This document shows positions 50,476 to 64,000 of a stretch of 64,000 bases of DNA, in pieces. Made by a program: the position numbers and the translations under genes. The notes below the pieces were generated by a model, which was not told the DNA's origin, did not search any database, and saw only the letters and a list, made by a program, of their open reading frames with translations. The stretch comes from Podarcis liolepis. Taxonomy: Eukaryota. Positions within the stretch are counted from its first letter, which is position 1; every line of letters begins with the position of its first letter. The stretch lies in the NCBI GenBank assembly GCA_965112155.1, contig OZ218102.1; one strand, written 5' to 3'.

Positions 50476-51276
50476 GTAATGCTGTTAGAAAGTGCAATAA
50501 GCACTAAGTTTTTGGCAACTGCTTGGGAGATGGTTCTGAAAATGCCAGAAACTAAGTACCCGAGCACAGCGTGATAAATCGCTATCATGTGGAAACATCA
50601 TGAAACAATATCTTGCTATGCTTTGTAGATGGAAAAATGTCATGTAAATAAGGGCTGTTTTCTGCAAACTCAATTGATTCTTCAGTAAGATCCAGTTTAG
50701 CATATTTAGGTCTATTGCAGAATTTGTATGTCAAAATACACCTTCTACTTCTAACAGCAACAGGGGTACCACTAGTAGGGTACAGTAGTCTTGCAGGAAG
50801 ATAATAAAATGACTACCGCCAAGAATAAACGTTGGCAATTTAAAGCATGCTAAAGGGCTTATTATTATCTTTTAACATTTTATACTTTCTCAGAATGTTA
50901 GTTACAATTTGCTTCATTGAAAGGATGGTTACTGTAATTACTTACATTCTTACACAGGAGGCTGAAGCTGACCTGGACAGCAAATTTCATAATAAAAATA
51001 ATTTATAAAAAATTATACTATTATATTAACTTATACAACACTGTCTGATAGTGAGAAGGGATATAAAAGTATACACAATGAAATAAAATAAAATCACAGA
51101 CTAAAAAGAATCATTGTTGGGAATTAGATGGTTAATATAATGCTTGTTGTAATATACCACAACCAGGAGGACGTCATCTTTGAACCACTCCTGTACTTGT
51201 GTCCTTTCCACTGACCTCTAATGATTGGGTTGGTTAGATTATGACATTGATCTGGTTTATTCTGAATTGTTAACAG

Positions 51277-51449
51277 ATTTGTACCTGAAACTGGAAGATG
51301 TGACACACAGATTTAAAAAGCCATGTATAATGGATGTAAAAATAGGCCAGAAAAGCTATGATCCATATGCTTCCGCTGAGAAGATTAAGCAACAAGTCAG
51401 CAAGTACCCATTAATGGAAGAGATTGGGTTCTTGGTGCTAGGCATGAGG
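51277..51449 (+). CDS. IPMK: IPMK coding exon 4 (DLYLKLEDVTHRFKKPCIMDVKIGQKSYDP...FLVLGMR)
   Basis: 173 nt; PxxxDxKxG inositol-phosphate kinase motif. Confidence 0.98.
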
Positions 51450-51529
51450 GTAAGATGCAGTTCTTCATTGGATTTTATATCTTTTTATGCTCTTGACAAC
51501 ATGGGGGCAAACTAAAATTATGTTTAGAT

Positions 51530-52348
51530 GATATTTTCAACAAAACACCACCACCACAAACTGGCTTATAAGTATAAAACCAAATTTGCTAGAATAGAGA
51601 TAGACTTATAACCATTCAAACAACAAACATACTAAAGTGCCATGTGCAAGACAAAGCCTGGAGATACTGTAAACATGGGAGTGGATAAATGTACAACTCT
51701 TATCTTAACAAGTTACATGTACAGTAAATGTTATACAGACTGGATAAATGAACCGTTCAACGAGTAACATAAGTCCAATCATGGAATGGCAACCCCCGTG
51801 CCACCACAACGGCAAGGGTAACATCCAGATAACGAACGAGACTCTGGCAGGCTAACTAGTTATGCGACCCCGAGCTCCTTTTGGCTACTTGCGTTATTCT
51901 CACCAGGGTGGTGACTTTGATTTTCCTTCCCATGATTGATCCATGTACACGGCTTTGTGTTTCCAACTCAAGACCCATTGAAGAACATCTCATCCAGCTC
52001 AATCTTTGAAAAACAGCTTTGAAAAACTTTTTCATATTCTCCAGTGTGCTACCCTTGCCGTTGTGGTGGCACGGGGTTGCCGTTCCGTGATTGGGCTTAC
52101 GCTACTTTTTGAACGGTTCATTTATCCAGTCTCTATAACGTTTACTGCACATGTAACTTGTTAAGATAGAGTTGTACATTTATACACTCCATGTTTACAG
52201 TATCTCCAGGCTTGGTCATGCACATGGCACCTTAGTATGTTTGTTGTTTGAATGGTTATAAGTCTATCTCTATTCTAGCTATTTTAGTAAATTTGGTTTT
52301 ATACTTATAAGCCAGTTTGTGATGGTGTTGTTTTGCTGTATTATTATC
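51530..52348. repeat. long inverted repeat / foldback element (arms ~51530-51823 and 52047-~52348, spacer ~223 bp)
   Basis: Manual alignment of the arms gives roughly 90% identity over ~280 bp, one 9-bp indel and several CpG-type transitions. Confidence 0.93.
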
Positions 52349-54491
52349 ACTGTCACCACATTTGATACTTTGTGTATATAGATGATTTTTTCCCCACGGA
52401 AAGATGCTAGGAGTCAGCATGCTTTGGGTTTGAATGTTTTCTGTCATGCCGTATTCCCTGCTTCCCTTATTGCAGGAAGATGTAGGTGACTGAATTGAGA
52501 CAATCTGCGTTAATTTCTCATTAATAATAATAATAAGAAAAGAAGTGGGTAGGGTTGGCGATCCAAAGGAAGACCTATTATTGATTTCTCTTTTGAGTAC
52601 AATAATCTGAACAGCATCTTCAAGATTTTCTTTTTTCTTTTTATAAAGAAGATTGTACTTTGTCTAGATGTGGACTTTGATAATATATTTCTTTTTATCT
52701 CCCTGGTTTTCTTATACAGCTCTATCCTTCCTCCTTTATCATATTATATTCTCAGTAGTTCCGCCTCTTGCACCCCATACTTACGTTCCATTTCATTGTT
52801 CTACTCAATAACACCAGCAAATAGCTAGATTTGTTAACTTCATATTCATAACTTCATATGGGTTGCATTCAGAAATTTAAGCTGTTCACAGCAGTCCTCC
52901 AGAGAGCTAACATGTTGTGTTGATAGCTTGGCTATCCCTTCAGGCCTTTGGTGCAGCATGGTGATAAACTGCAACAGTCTTGCATAGCATTGTGTTAGTG
53001 AAGCATTAATTGACTTTTAATGTGAAAGATTTGGCTTTTAACTGTATAAACTGAATTCTGATGCTGAAGCGCATTCAAAACCTTAAAAATTAGCCTTCAG
53101 GCAATAGATTATAATTGTAATTTCCCTAGCCAAGTAGAAGAAAAGAAACAACATGTTTTCTGTTTGGTCCCCATGGAGACCTCAATGAGGCTCTAGTTAT
53201 TAACATATTTTATCAGTATATTACTGAAGGTGGATGATGTTGTTTGGCACTTGAATTTGACAGACATTTTTGGTCTGTTGTTCATAGATGTTTAGGGAGC
53301 TATTAACGTTCTGTACTGTGTGTGATGTTCAAGTTCTTTAGTATAATTTTGCTGTCCAGTAGCTTTCTTATAGTGCCAAACACATGTTCATTAACATTTG
53401 GTGGGAGAAGTGTATTATTCCTTTATCATAATCTTGCTGACTTCAGTCAATTGGATTCCAACCATTCCCAGACTCCCTGTTAAAGCAGCCCTATATTTGT
53501 GCTTAACTTTCAGATCTGGTGTAGCAGAATAAATGTCCTATGTATATTCTGGATTGGCATAAAATATGTCAGCAAAAATCTGTTCCTTTAATATAATGAA
53601 AATGGGCAGATTTGGATAGAGACATAGATTGCAAAAATATATATATGCTGTATTTCCTATGTCTGTAGGCATCTCTCTAAGATTTTAATTGGAACGCCAT
53701 GGTCTGAAGCCTGTATAATAATAATAATTTTATTATTTTATTATTTGTACCCTGCCCATTTGGCTGGCTTTCTGGTGGACCTTGCTGGATGCACTGTCTA
53801 CTGCTTCTGTTTGTGTAGTTACTGAGAATGAAAAATAAGTATCAGTTCATTTGCTGTCCCATGTAACAGATATAATTTAAATGTTGGTTTAGTGATCTTA
53901 TTCTAGATAATATTTTTTTTGTTTCTAAACATGCTGCTGTTAGTGGTTATTTGCACACATATTTTTATATTCATTTAATTTCTATTTTTATGCAGCATGT
54001 TTATTGTTTTCCAGACAGATTTGTTTTGCAATGATGTTTGGTCATGAACTTATATGTCTGAGTTTAGATCCCCTGTAGAATACTAACCTATCCTCTGTCA
54101 CTGGCCTATATCCAAAGACTACATAGGCCAGTTGATTCTGGCGCATCAGAGTAGACATTCTGAACACCCATAACTTTATTTGCACTGGTTTCTTGTTATT
54201 GGACTGTAAAGTATAGAGAGGTATATAACATAACATCTCACTGATGTATTATTCCATTGAAAAAGCTATATCTGAATATACAAAGTTTATCATGTTTTCA
54301 ATGTGAACTTGCTGAGTTTGGATTGCTAGATAGATCCAGCTCATGAAAGTTTCAGAGATGTGTGGATAATGCATTTTGGAAAAAACCCCTTCTTTTGTAT
54401 GCTGAAGAGTACATTGGAACTAGTCCTAGGACAAAGACATTTTTTCAGAAATCAGATGGCAAAATTACATTATTATTTTGTGTGTTTTAAG

Positions 54492-54573
54492 GTTTATCGC
54501 GCCCATTCTGACAGCTATGAGACGCAAAACCAGCACTATGGAAGAGGCTTAACGAAAGAGACAGTAAAAGATG
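54492..54573 (+). CDS. IPMK: IPMK coding exon 5 (VYRAHSDSYETQNQHYGRGLTKETVKD)
   Basis: 82 nt, AG/GT junctions. Confidence 0.97.
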
Positions 54574-55959
54574 GTAATGTTTGGATTTAGACCAGGTTTT
54601 AGTACTACTATTAGGCCTTTATTACGAGACTGTGTGCTTATAAACTACATATAGCTTGTCTCATAGTTAAGAAAATTGAGGACAATATTAGAAAACCCTC
54701 TAGCATGCAGGATTGCCAGAGAAGGGAAGAAAGTGGGATCATTCTGACTTGGGGTTAAAGGTGGGAGAGTTCAGATGGGGGAAATACATGTATCTCTGAC
54801 TTAGTTTCGGATGAGGGAGTTAAGACAGCACAGCCTGCTTATGCCAGGAACCTCTTAACTTACGTGGAGATGCAGTGGATCCTAACCTGCTCATCCTAAC
54901 TTGAGATCCTGCTATAGGATTGCTCCCCATGAATATTTTATAGTGCAGTCCCAGCTCTTTAGTTATAAATTCTGAGCATTGATAGTATGTTTTGAGGGTT
55001 TAAAGTGATTCCCATAAACTCTCACAATAATCCTGGAAACTAGGTCAGTTGTACAGTGCAATCACAACTCACTTAAGGGTTCTGTTCCAGAAGCAGCACA
55101 CGCATGCAGAATTGTGCATAGTCAAAAGCTGCCTGCTGGAAGGGGGGGCGGGGATCTCACAGAGGAGCTCCCTGCATCCCCACTGCCAGGGGAAGAAGAA
55201 ATCTTGCCTTGGCAGCAAAACGAGTGGGGAAGCAGTAGAAACAGATGGAGGAGGAAGAAACCTGGTTCCTTCAGCTGCAGAAGGGAGGAGAAAGGCAGAC
55301 AGGGAAAGAGGCAGGCAGAAGCTGCAACACTGTTCCAGCCTTTTGCTTCTGCCTGTATGTCTCTAGGTTGGCCTCTCTCTTCCCTTCTGCAGCTGGGATT
55401 TTTTTCATCCTCACTTCCCTGCTCACCATGCAGCTGAGAGAGGTGGGTTTCTTCTTCCTCTGTCTGCCTCTCACCTCCCTTCTGTCTTAGTCTTCCCTCC
55501 TTGTCTGCTGTAACTGTTATCCAGAAGGCAACTGCTGCCTGAGCTGAGTGTGTACAATTGAATTTGCACAAGTAAAATGTGTGGAAGATGTGATCATGCT
55601 ATAGTATTCCCATAGTGCATTGGGTGGATAAAACTGAAAGATGAGGGCTTGCTTAAGTGCATGTAAGAAGTGAGTCTTGAACCAGAGAACACCAGAATAA
55701 ATCGGACACACTTGCTCTGAAACCTTTAACATTGCAATTAATATTTTGATGATGGGAAATCTGAATTGGGACACTTGTCTGAATTTTTGGGGGCATATTA
55801 TCAGCTGACTCTGAATAGCAACTTAAACCTGAATTCTGTTATATGAATAGCTGAGAATTTGTTGTCAATTTTGCTTTTTGGAAGCTAGGCACCATTGCTA
55901 TACTGCAGTTTGAACTTTCCAGTCAGTGGCTATTAATTTTACTGGTTTCTTTCTTGCAG

Positions 55960-56579
55960 GTGTGGCTCAGTTTTTCCATAATGGATTCTGCCTGAGAAAA
56001 GATGCTGTAGCTGCCAGTATTCAAAAGATCAAAGAAATACTGCAGTGGTTTGAGAAGCAGAAGCAGCTTAACTTTTATGCAAGTTCTTTACTATTTGTCT
56101 ATGATGGCTTGTATCCGATGACAACTACATGGTTAAATGATGGCAGTCTGGTCGAGAAGGGAAGAGTGTCCAAGGGTCAAGTGCCAAGTGGTGGTACATT
56201 GGAATATAATAACAACATTCGGGTCATCAGTTCTACAGAGAATGGCAAGGTAGAGACCTCTGTAGGCAAAGGCTTCTCTAAAATGTATGCACTTCACAAA
56301 AGGCACCAGAGTCAAATTTCCCTTCAAGTTGAAACTGTGGAACAAGACAACATATGGAAGAGCAGTGCTTGCCTTTCACAAGAACATCTGAATGGAAATG
56401 TTATACCTCAGCTGGAAAAAGTTTTCTGCCACATGCCTACTACGCTGCCAGAAAGCATGGAGGTTGAAGTCAGGATGATAGATTTTGCGCATGTGTTCCC
56501 CAGCAACACACACGATGAGGGCTATATTCATGGTCTGAAGAATTTAATTACCGTCCTTCAAAATATTTTAGATACTTAA
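55960..56579 (+). CDS. IPMK: IPMK coding exon 6 (GVAQFFHNG...FYASSLLFVY...VRMIDFAHVFP...NILDT*)
   Basis: 620 nt to TAA; SSLL and IDFAH catalytic motifs; total CDS 1260 nt = 419 aa. Confidence 0.98.
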
Positions 56580-59500
56580 ACTTTTTGCTATGATTTCTAC
56601 TGGGGGCCAATTATAATGAAAAGCAACAACATTTCTGCACTTGTGATTCTGTTATATGTTGGTTTGTATTGTTCTACATTTTACTTGTCTTTGTACTTTT
56701 GGTAGGATGATCAAGTATTTTATAATCTTACTCAGGAAAATTATTCTGTAGTTTCTTACAGTTTAGTAAGAGAGAAGCTAATGAGATTTAACTGGTAATC
56801 GTAGGAACTTGCATTTAACTTGTGAAGCTTAGCTAAAATTGGGGGATGATTTGTGTCAGATAAAATGGTAGAGCTTTCTCATGCCCTTAAATATTTTTAG
56901 CTTAATCAGAGTCCGTCCATGCAGCCAGAACACTGAGCCATATCTCTAAATAACGGGTTATCAGGAGAATATTAGAATATTATCCTTAGGTGTTTACTAC
57001 ATCTTTAGAACTGGAGCATTTCTGAGGGATAAATACTTAAAAATCTATATTCTAATTGAACCAGCATTTTAGTGTGAGGTGATCATACTGCTTCGTTCTT
57101 AAAACTGGGTAGGTATGTTCATCTTTTCATGGCTAAACTTAAAAGTATACTCGAACAGTGTAATTTATTATGAGTGCTATTGAAAAGTTTTTCAGAACTA
57201 ATGAAATAGGAGTTGTCTGCCATGTAAAGATGTTAAATGCTGTTTTGAAACATTTGTGTCAGATTTTGTGCCCTATTTTGTTTATAAGCTTTATATTTAG
57301 ATATTCAACTAGGAGTTGCTTTGGACATTGCAGAAAAACAGCAAAATAATATATACTAGTGAGTCTACAATGTCTAAAGTCAGTTATAAAAATAAGGTAG
57401 TACTATGGCCATTCATTGTGTGGGCAATTTTCTAAAATTGCACAACCAGTGGTTAAGATAGTTTTAAGAGGTTGCAGTTGGAGAGAGTATTTAAAGAGCT
57501 CTCCAGTCTCTTAAGTTGCATTCTCTTGAAATCCTCTCATCCAAGGAATGTATGAGCACTAGAAATAAGTCCATGTTGAAAAATGGCCATTATAAGCCAG
57601 GGTCTTCAAAATTATTAAATTGCCTATGGTGAGAATAAGGACTGCTTTATCAGACATAATACTACACATTGATAAATACAAGCAGATGGAAGCCAGAGAC
57701 TCAAGTAGAGGATGTTTAAAGCTTACACCCACATTTTGGAACAAACCACAGTTTCTGTTAATTCCAAATACAGGATTTTTATTTTATTTTTTTAAAGCTG
57801 AGTTAGTTCAGTCGAACCAGAATTGCACTGCGGCTTAATGTTGTAGTTTCAATAAGCCACAGTTTACTTGTATTACAATATAATGGGAAACTGCATTTTG
57901 GAACAAACCATAAACAGTAGCTATAAATGCTTTCTTGTGCTCGAACAGGAGGGGGAGAATTTGTGAGTCTGAGGCTTGTGTCTGCTTGCTCTCTTAGCGT
58001 TACATTTGAAGTGGGCCTTATCGTGCAAACGTTTGGCTGATACAAGAGAGCTTCCTTCTGGCAGCATATGCATCTCCATAAACATAAAAAAGGCAGAAAG
58101 GAGAGTATGGACCTTGTTCAACTAATGTGTCCTGGTAGTGGAAGCCTGTGCAAGGACTTTCGTTAGCGCCAATGGCTCTTGTTAGGAGACCCCCAAAGCA
58201 GTAGGAGGTAGAGTGTGAATGTTTTGTCTGGCAAGCTTAAGTACTTGTGCTAATCAATGATTGGCATAGCTCTACAATGAATTTCTCCCTAGGTGACATT
58301 GCACAACATCCCACAACAATTCTCATGGGCATTTTTCAGAATCTGTCTAGCATGGAAATGGTTGCAGTCAAATCCAGTAATACAAGATGTAAAATTGTAC
58401 AAATCAGAAAATTTTCTGGAAAATCTTTCAGTGCTTAATTTTTTTCCATGGATTTTCTTTTCCTTTTTGTAAGTTTATTAATAACTAGATGCCAGCTGCA
58501 AATACAGTATAAGGCAAGCTTGGCAGTTTTGACATTTTTAGCTTTGCTTATGAAACACAGGTAAATTAGATCACTTTATAAGCCACCAGAAAAAATTCTA
58601 GCACAAATTATGCTGTGTAAATTAAGTTTACTTAATTTGCATAGGAAAAAATATCCTCTACCACCCCCTGAAATTCACATCGCTGGAAAATGCTTTTTAA
58701 CCAAATGTCCATTTTCTAGTTGTGCCGTTAAGGAGAACACTTTGCTTGACTTCAAAACTACCAAGAACCAGAGGCTCCTGTCACTGAGCAGGCCCCACTT
58801 GGAAGCACCTTACAGCAATGCTGTAAGGGAATTATGCAAACAGACAGTCTCTCCTGCATTTGATCACCCTCCCCCCGAACTTTTTAGAAGGAAAGCTACA
58901 ATTTTAGGATTAATTTCAGTGTTCTGCTAATACTTCTTCATTGTATGGTGTTTTGTAGGCTAATTGGACATAAGAATTTATCAGAGTTTTGTGTTTTCAC
59001 TTTCTAAGGTTCACTAGAATACTGATTTTAATTGGAAGCAACATGTGGTAAATATACATGGACTTTTTATTTCCTATCAAAAAAATTCTACATTGATAAA
59101 CAGTTTTCACATAGGTTATAAAGTGAGCCTTATTTAATAAAAACCAATGTCAAAGGTGATACTACCATCTTTAAGAGTGATTAGAAGAATTCAGTGTTCT
59201 GTGAAGTAATTTAAAGCATATTCTGGAAAAAGTTACACTATTCTGTCCTATTGAGCTACCTTTGTCACAATTAGCTTATTCTATAGTATCTTATGTTATC
59301 TGTGTCTGTTTTCTGTTCAACACAGAATACACTCTCATACACACATGGGTATGTCTAATGTAGGCAGGTATTTATTCTTTCTTGTCCTGTACCATTTCAC
59401 ATCTGTAGGGCAGTAATCTGTATGCTCTGTAATATTAGTATTATAATTGTTGATTGCTGTGCTGCTTACACTATTTAATGTAACTAGAACATTGTAGGAT

Positions 59501-62500
59501 CACCTTACAGAAAGCACTCCTATCTAATTTTCAGTTTTTATAGTTGCAATTGTAACAGAATTATACTCATTTTTATTCAGTTGGAAGTTAAGAGTACTTT
59601 AAATTAAAAACTGGGTACAGCTAAAACTAGCCCTTTCAAATGTAGACTGCAGAAATGGTAAATTCAGAACGTATGTGACTTTCACGGGAGGAAAGAGAAA
59701 AGAGAATAAAAACTCAGAATAGGATAGTATGCTTTCCTTTATGTTAGTATACTCTCACCATTGTTTATGGACTAATTTCATTATTTCCATTTCTTATTCA
59801 TAGGAAGCCTTGTAGAGTGATGCTTTAATAGCATAAGGTTGGGTACGTAATTGTGAAAGTTCTTATTTCATAGATTTCCTGATTCTGTAGCTTATTGTGT
59901 ATGTTGGAACTTGGATGTACACAGGAATGCCTGGTACACGCATAGCCTTCCCTATTCACCTAATGAAGGAGGCAAGTTGATTTTATGTGCAAAAAAATAG
60001 ATACGCCCACCTCTAATTCAAGTGGATATGAAAACCTGTGTATTATGAGAACTTTGTGTATATATCAGAGCACCTACAGGGCTTGAAATGGGAGCCCTTG
60101 TGTAGCGAAAGGAGTATTTAAATGTGTCTCTTTGGAAGGAAGAATGACTGATGTAAACACTAATGAAGATGACTCCACAGCTACAGCCTCTGTAAATGAC
60201 ATTGATTTTGAAAAATTGGCTCTTGTCACAAGGACACTTCTTAGTATCGCTTCTGATGTGTTTGTGAAAATACTCCTTTTAAATGTATTTTGTGGGAAAT
60301 TATGTACAATCTTACCTGATAAGAATTTAAATTATATAATTTTTTAATAGCAAAACATTTTCATTCTTGGTATTTTTGGATATTAGTGGTTCCTGGTGCA
60401 TATATTCAAATGAAATTTAAAATAATGGTATTATGAAATGTTAAAATATTTTAACTAACTAGTTTTACAGAACTATGAAATTGTGTATAATTGTGTTTTC
60501 ACATGGAGGCTGTATTTTCAAACTGAAATTATTTTTGTTCTATTGTACAGGAGAACTATTTTTGCGTATCCCATACATTCCATACCATTCCATATGAGAT
60601 GCTTAAATTTTAGGAAGAGACTATTTTCACTTAAATTGTGGATTGAATGAACAATCTGGCAGGTTACAAGTAGGTCCTATGCATGCTTACCTGGAAATAA
60701 GTCCCTTTGCGTTTTGTGGCATTTCTTAATAAGCGTGCATTGCACCATGGCCATAGTCTGTCATAGCAGAACTGAATAAGGGTCACTTAGGAATGTGACT
60801 AAGGGTGCAAAATATTGCACGGATTTTGAGGGAAACATATTTCAGTATTAAATACTAATCTAGAGAGAGAGAAAAGGGCACAACCACTATAGCCCATGAG
60901 CCGAAACCCTTCTAAATTCCTTTATATTATGGCCCTTTTAAAGGACTGCAACTGATACAAAACACTCCTTTCGACCTGTTCATATTAGCTATTTTAATTT
61001 TTTTTATATAGTTTACACTATTTGCAATAACCGTCCCTGTTGAGTGCCTTCTGCTTCAGGTTTGGTACCTTTTAAATGACCTCACGTAGCATCTATTGTG
61101 ATGTAATGGAATGCTTTAAGGGAGAGTTGAATGACTGTATTGATTATGTCCCACTAATGTTGGAGAGCATGGTTTCAATAGTTAGCTTCTTTTGATCCAA
61201 AACAAATTCATTCGGAAAACTGCCACGCTTTATGCTCAGTTCCACAATAATAGTAAATTGTGAGCCATGCTTAAAAACCTATGAGTGAATCACATAATGA
61301 ATTACTTAAGCCCCCCCCCCCCCGTTATGTTGTCTGGCTCGCATGTTACCAAATAAGCCAGAAAGGTTGAGGAGGCATCTATAGCAACAGGACTTGGGAA
61401 CGGGGCATTCTGAAGGGGTGGGAACTGTGGCTTTGGCTCACCCACCCCATATCCCTTCTCAAGTGGCCCTACCTCAAAACTTTGCTTTCTGTGGACATAC
61501 TGCCTTTACTCAACAACGACAAAACCCCGGGGGCTTAATACACAATCATATGCATCCATGTGCCTTGCCGGTACTCAAAAGAAGCATTGGAATTAAATTC
61601 CTGAAAAGAGGCGACCTCATTTGTGTGGTTGTGAACCAGTCCTTAGGGTGCTTGAATCTGGCCATATGTGAATCTTTTTGAAGAGAGCCTTCTGTAGCAT
61701 ATTGTGTGGAAAGGAATTTGAATAAGAGTGTAGGTTGGAGATGCTGAAGAAGGCAGCAGTAAATAATTTATTCACTCAACGTGTAGCTTTTTGCAGATCG
61801 TATCCATCCAAAAGCCTTACATTCAGTTTTGTTTTGCCTGTTTTCTATGTACTGTTCATGCTGGTAAACCATTGAATTGGAGCCTAGAGTGATGAACTCA
61901 TTCAGCTGTGAAATATTATTACATTATATATCCAGGAGCTAAATACTGCACATTTGTAATTGTTCATTGTGGTTTTGTTAGCTGAAGTTAATGCACACTT
62001 TAAAAAAAAACAACTTTCATACTATGAATATTTCTACTAATCTTCCCTAGATAGCAACTCTGAGTAGTTTTGTATGTAGGTATAGAAAATTAATTTTTGT
62101 TTGCCATTTAGAGAAGTGACGCCTGTACATTTAGAGTTTGTTGGAGATTAATCTTTACGTGAAATCCAGCAACAGGAAAGAGAAAGCAACAGTGGTTTTG
62201 GGAACAAACGAACATTTACACACATTGTCTAAATCATTGTCTAAATATGCTTTTGAAACGTATAAATGTTGGCACTGGAAAAAAATACCTGAACTGGCTG
62301 AACTGATTTTGAACTAAAATGTCCAAATATGATTAATATTGCACACCTGCATATGAATGATACCAGAGTGCACATAAGCACTTTAATATTCTGAGAACTG
62401 TACTGGAAAATATATGGAAGCATGTGAAATTGCACCTGGAGCTGGATTAACTGGTGGGGGTGGGAGGGGGGATTTTACAGTTTAAATGTACATGAATGAA

Positions 62501-62750
62501 TGAATGTAATCTGGCCTCATTTTCTCTGGCTCAAAAAGTTGAAATTGTGTTGTGCAATGTCCTTTTTTGGTGTTTGACTGTAACTGATATTTTGGGAGGA
62601 TTGTTGTTGGACTGCAGAGGTATGTGTTTTATAGTAAAAAAAAAATCTATTATGCTATATACCAATTCTTTTGTAATTTATGTGATATTTAGGTGATTCT
62701 AATAGCTGTATATTAGGCTGACTATTAAATTGTCTTTTAAGTTAACCTTG
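56580..62750 (+). other. IPMK: IPMK long 3' UTR (inferred)
   Basis: AT-rich and repeat-poor; AATAAA near 59137 and 59705, ATTAAA near 62724 followed by U/GU-rich sequence; true end not determinable. Confidence 0.4.
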
Positions 62751-62864
62751 AATGCATTGTCCTTGACTTCTTAAGCAATGTATTGCTTCAATTGTGAGAA
62801 AACATTCTCCCACTTTTGTAGTTTCTGTTGCCAGGTGAGTTCTTCCTCTCTTAGCTGTTTAGTT

Positions 62865-63032
62865 CCTCCAAGATACCAGACTTTTAGAAGACATCTGAAG
62901 GCAGCCTTGTTTAGGGAAGCTTTTAATGTTTGATGTATTACAGTATTTTAATATTTTTTTGGAAGCCGCCCAGATTGGCTGGGGAAGCCCAGCCAGATGG
63001 GTGGGGTATAAATAAATAAATAAATAAATAAT
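62865..63032 (+). mobile_element. L2 LINE extreme 3' end
   Basis: 'ttttagaagacatctgaaggcagccttgtttagggaagc...gaagccgcccaga..ggctggggaa.cccagccagatggg.ggggtata(aata)n'. Confidence 0.85.
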
Positions 63033-64000
63033 ACTGATGAAGGTGTGTACTACCAAGCCCCTCATAATTTTGTTACTAAGTTACAAATATTAATGCACTT
63101 CACACTTATTAATGTACATCACACTTAGGCAGTATTGTTAAACAAAAAAAGCTTTTGGCCTGAGGAGCTTACTGTCTAAAACTGTGTGTTAGAGACAGAG
63201 GTATGTAGAAGTAGATTGGTTCTCTGTTCCAGCATTAGCAAAGATCTGACTGATGGGCACTAGGAACAGGAGGAGATTTTCTGTAGTGATACTATATTTG
63301 TGGAATTCTTTCTCCAGGGAAGTCTGGCGAGCCCCTCTGAGGGCACTTGAATTTTTATTATCATTATGTAAGGGAATTTACGATTGACATTATTATGTTT
63401 CTACTGCGTGCTTGCTGTGTTTCGCTGGCTTTTAATCCTGGTGTGTATTTGTATTCATAGTGCTTTGTTTGATTTTTAACACTGTCTTTTCTTCTAATGT
63501 TTCCTTTGAGCTGTTTTAATTAGTTCTGAAAAGCAGCCTGTAAATAAATGCATCAATAAGAGTAACAGGAAGAATATGTGCAAAGGCGACTAGACGTGCT
63601 TGGGTTTCACCTTTGTAGGAAGAGAGAGCCAAAGGTGGTATCCAGTAGCAATTTCCTATTATGGAAGGAATGTCTCTGCAAGACTGGGAAGGAGGGAATT
63701 CATCCTCCTCCCTGAAGTGCCCATCACCCCCTAAAATCTTCTCTGGAAGGACTCCCAACTCTTTGGAACAGATATACGGGGGTGAAGGGTACTGCACTGT
63801 GGAGGGGGAATTGCCGAAAAACACCTGCTTCTCAGTTTTATTGACAGATTCCTTCTGTCAGTGAATGGTCACCCTTAAGGAAGTAAGCCGTATGCCTGGA
63901 AAGAATTGTGAGAGGTGATTTTTGAGGCAGTTTTGGTTTTCATTTATTACATATACATCCCTTTCTTTTATATAACTTGAAGGTTATATAAAAGTGGGCA

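Overview
Vertebrate genomic DNA, almost certainly a squamate and probably a lacertid lizard (lacertid-type Sauria/Squam1 SINEs, RTE-BovB, squamate CR1/L2, many MITEs). It holds three complete spliced genes, all reconstructed with GT-AG junctions and open frames: UBE2D1 (minus, 7 coding exons, 147 aa), CISD1/mitoNEET (plus, 3 exons, 108 aa) and IPMK (plus, 6 exons, 419 aa), each with a CpG-island promoter. The most interesting signal is in the 16-kb first intron of UBE2D1. On the same (minus) strand is a series of decayed, splice-site-bounded, coding-like segments that read in order as several RRM fragments, a TTC3/DZIP3/RBM44-like helical segment, a Pro/Ser/Gln-rich region and a C-terminal RING-H2 relic. 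This is a candidate dead RNA-binding RING E3 ligase gene nested inside an E2 gene; it was recognised by eye and needs HMM and synteny confirmation. Other points: CISD1 is inverted relative to the mammalian arrangement as I recall it, a ~290-bp-arm foldback lies just after IPMK exon 4, IPMK has a strong-Kozak uORF, and its NLS region is shortened. No prokaryotic-type systems, CRISPR arrays, rRNA or tRNA genes were found.
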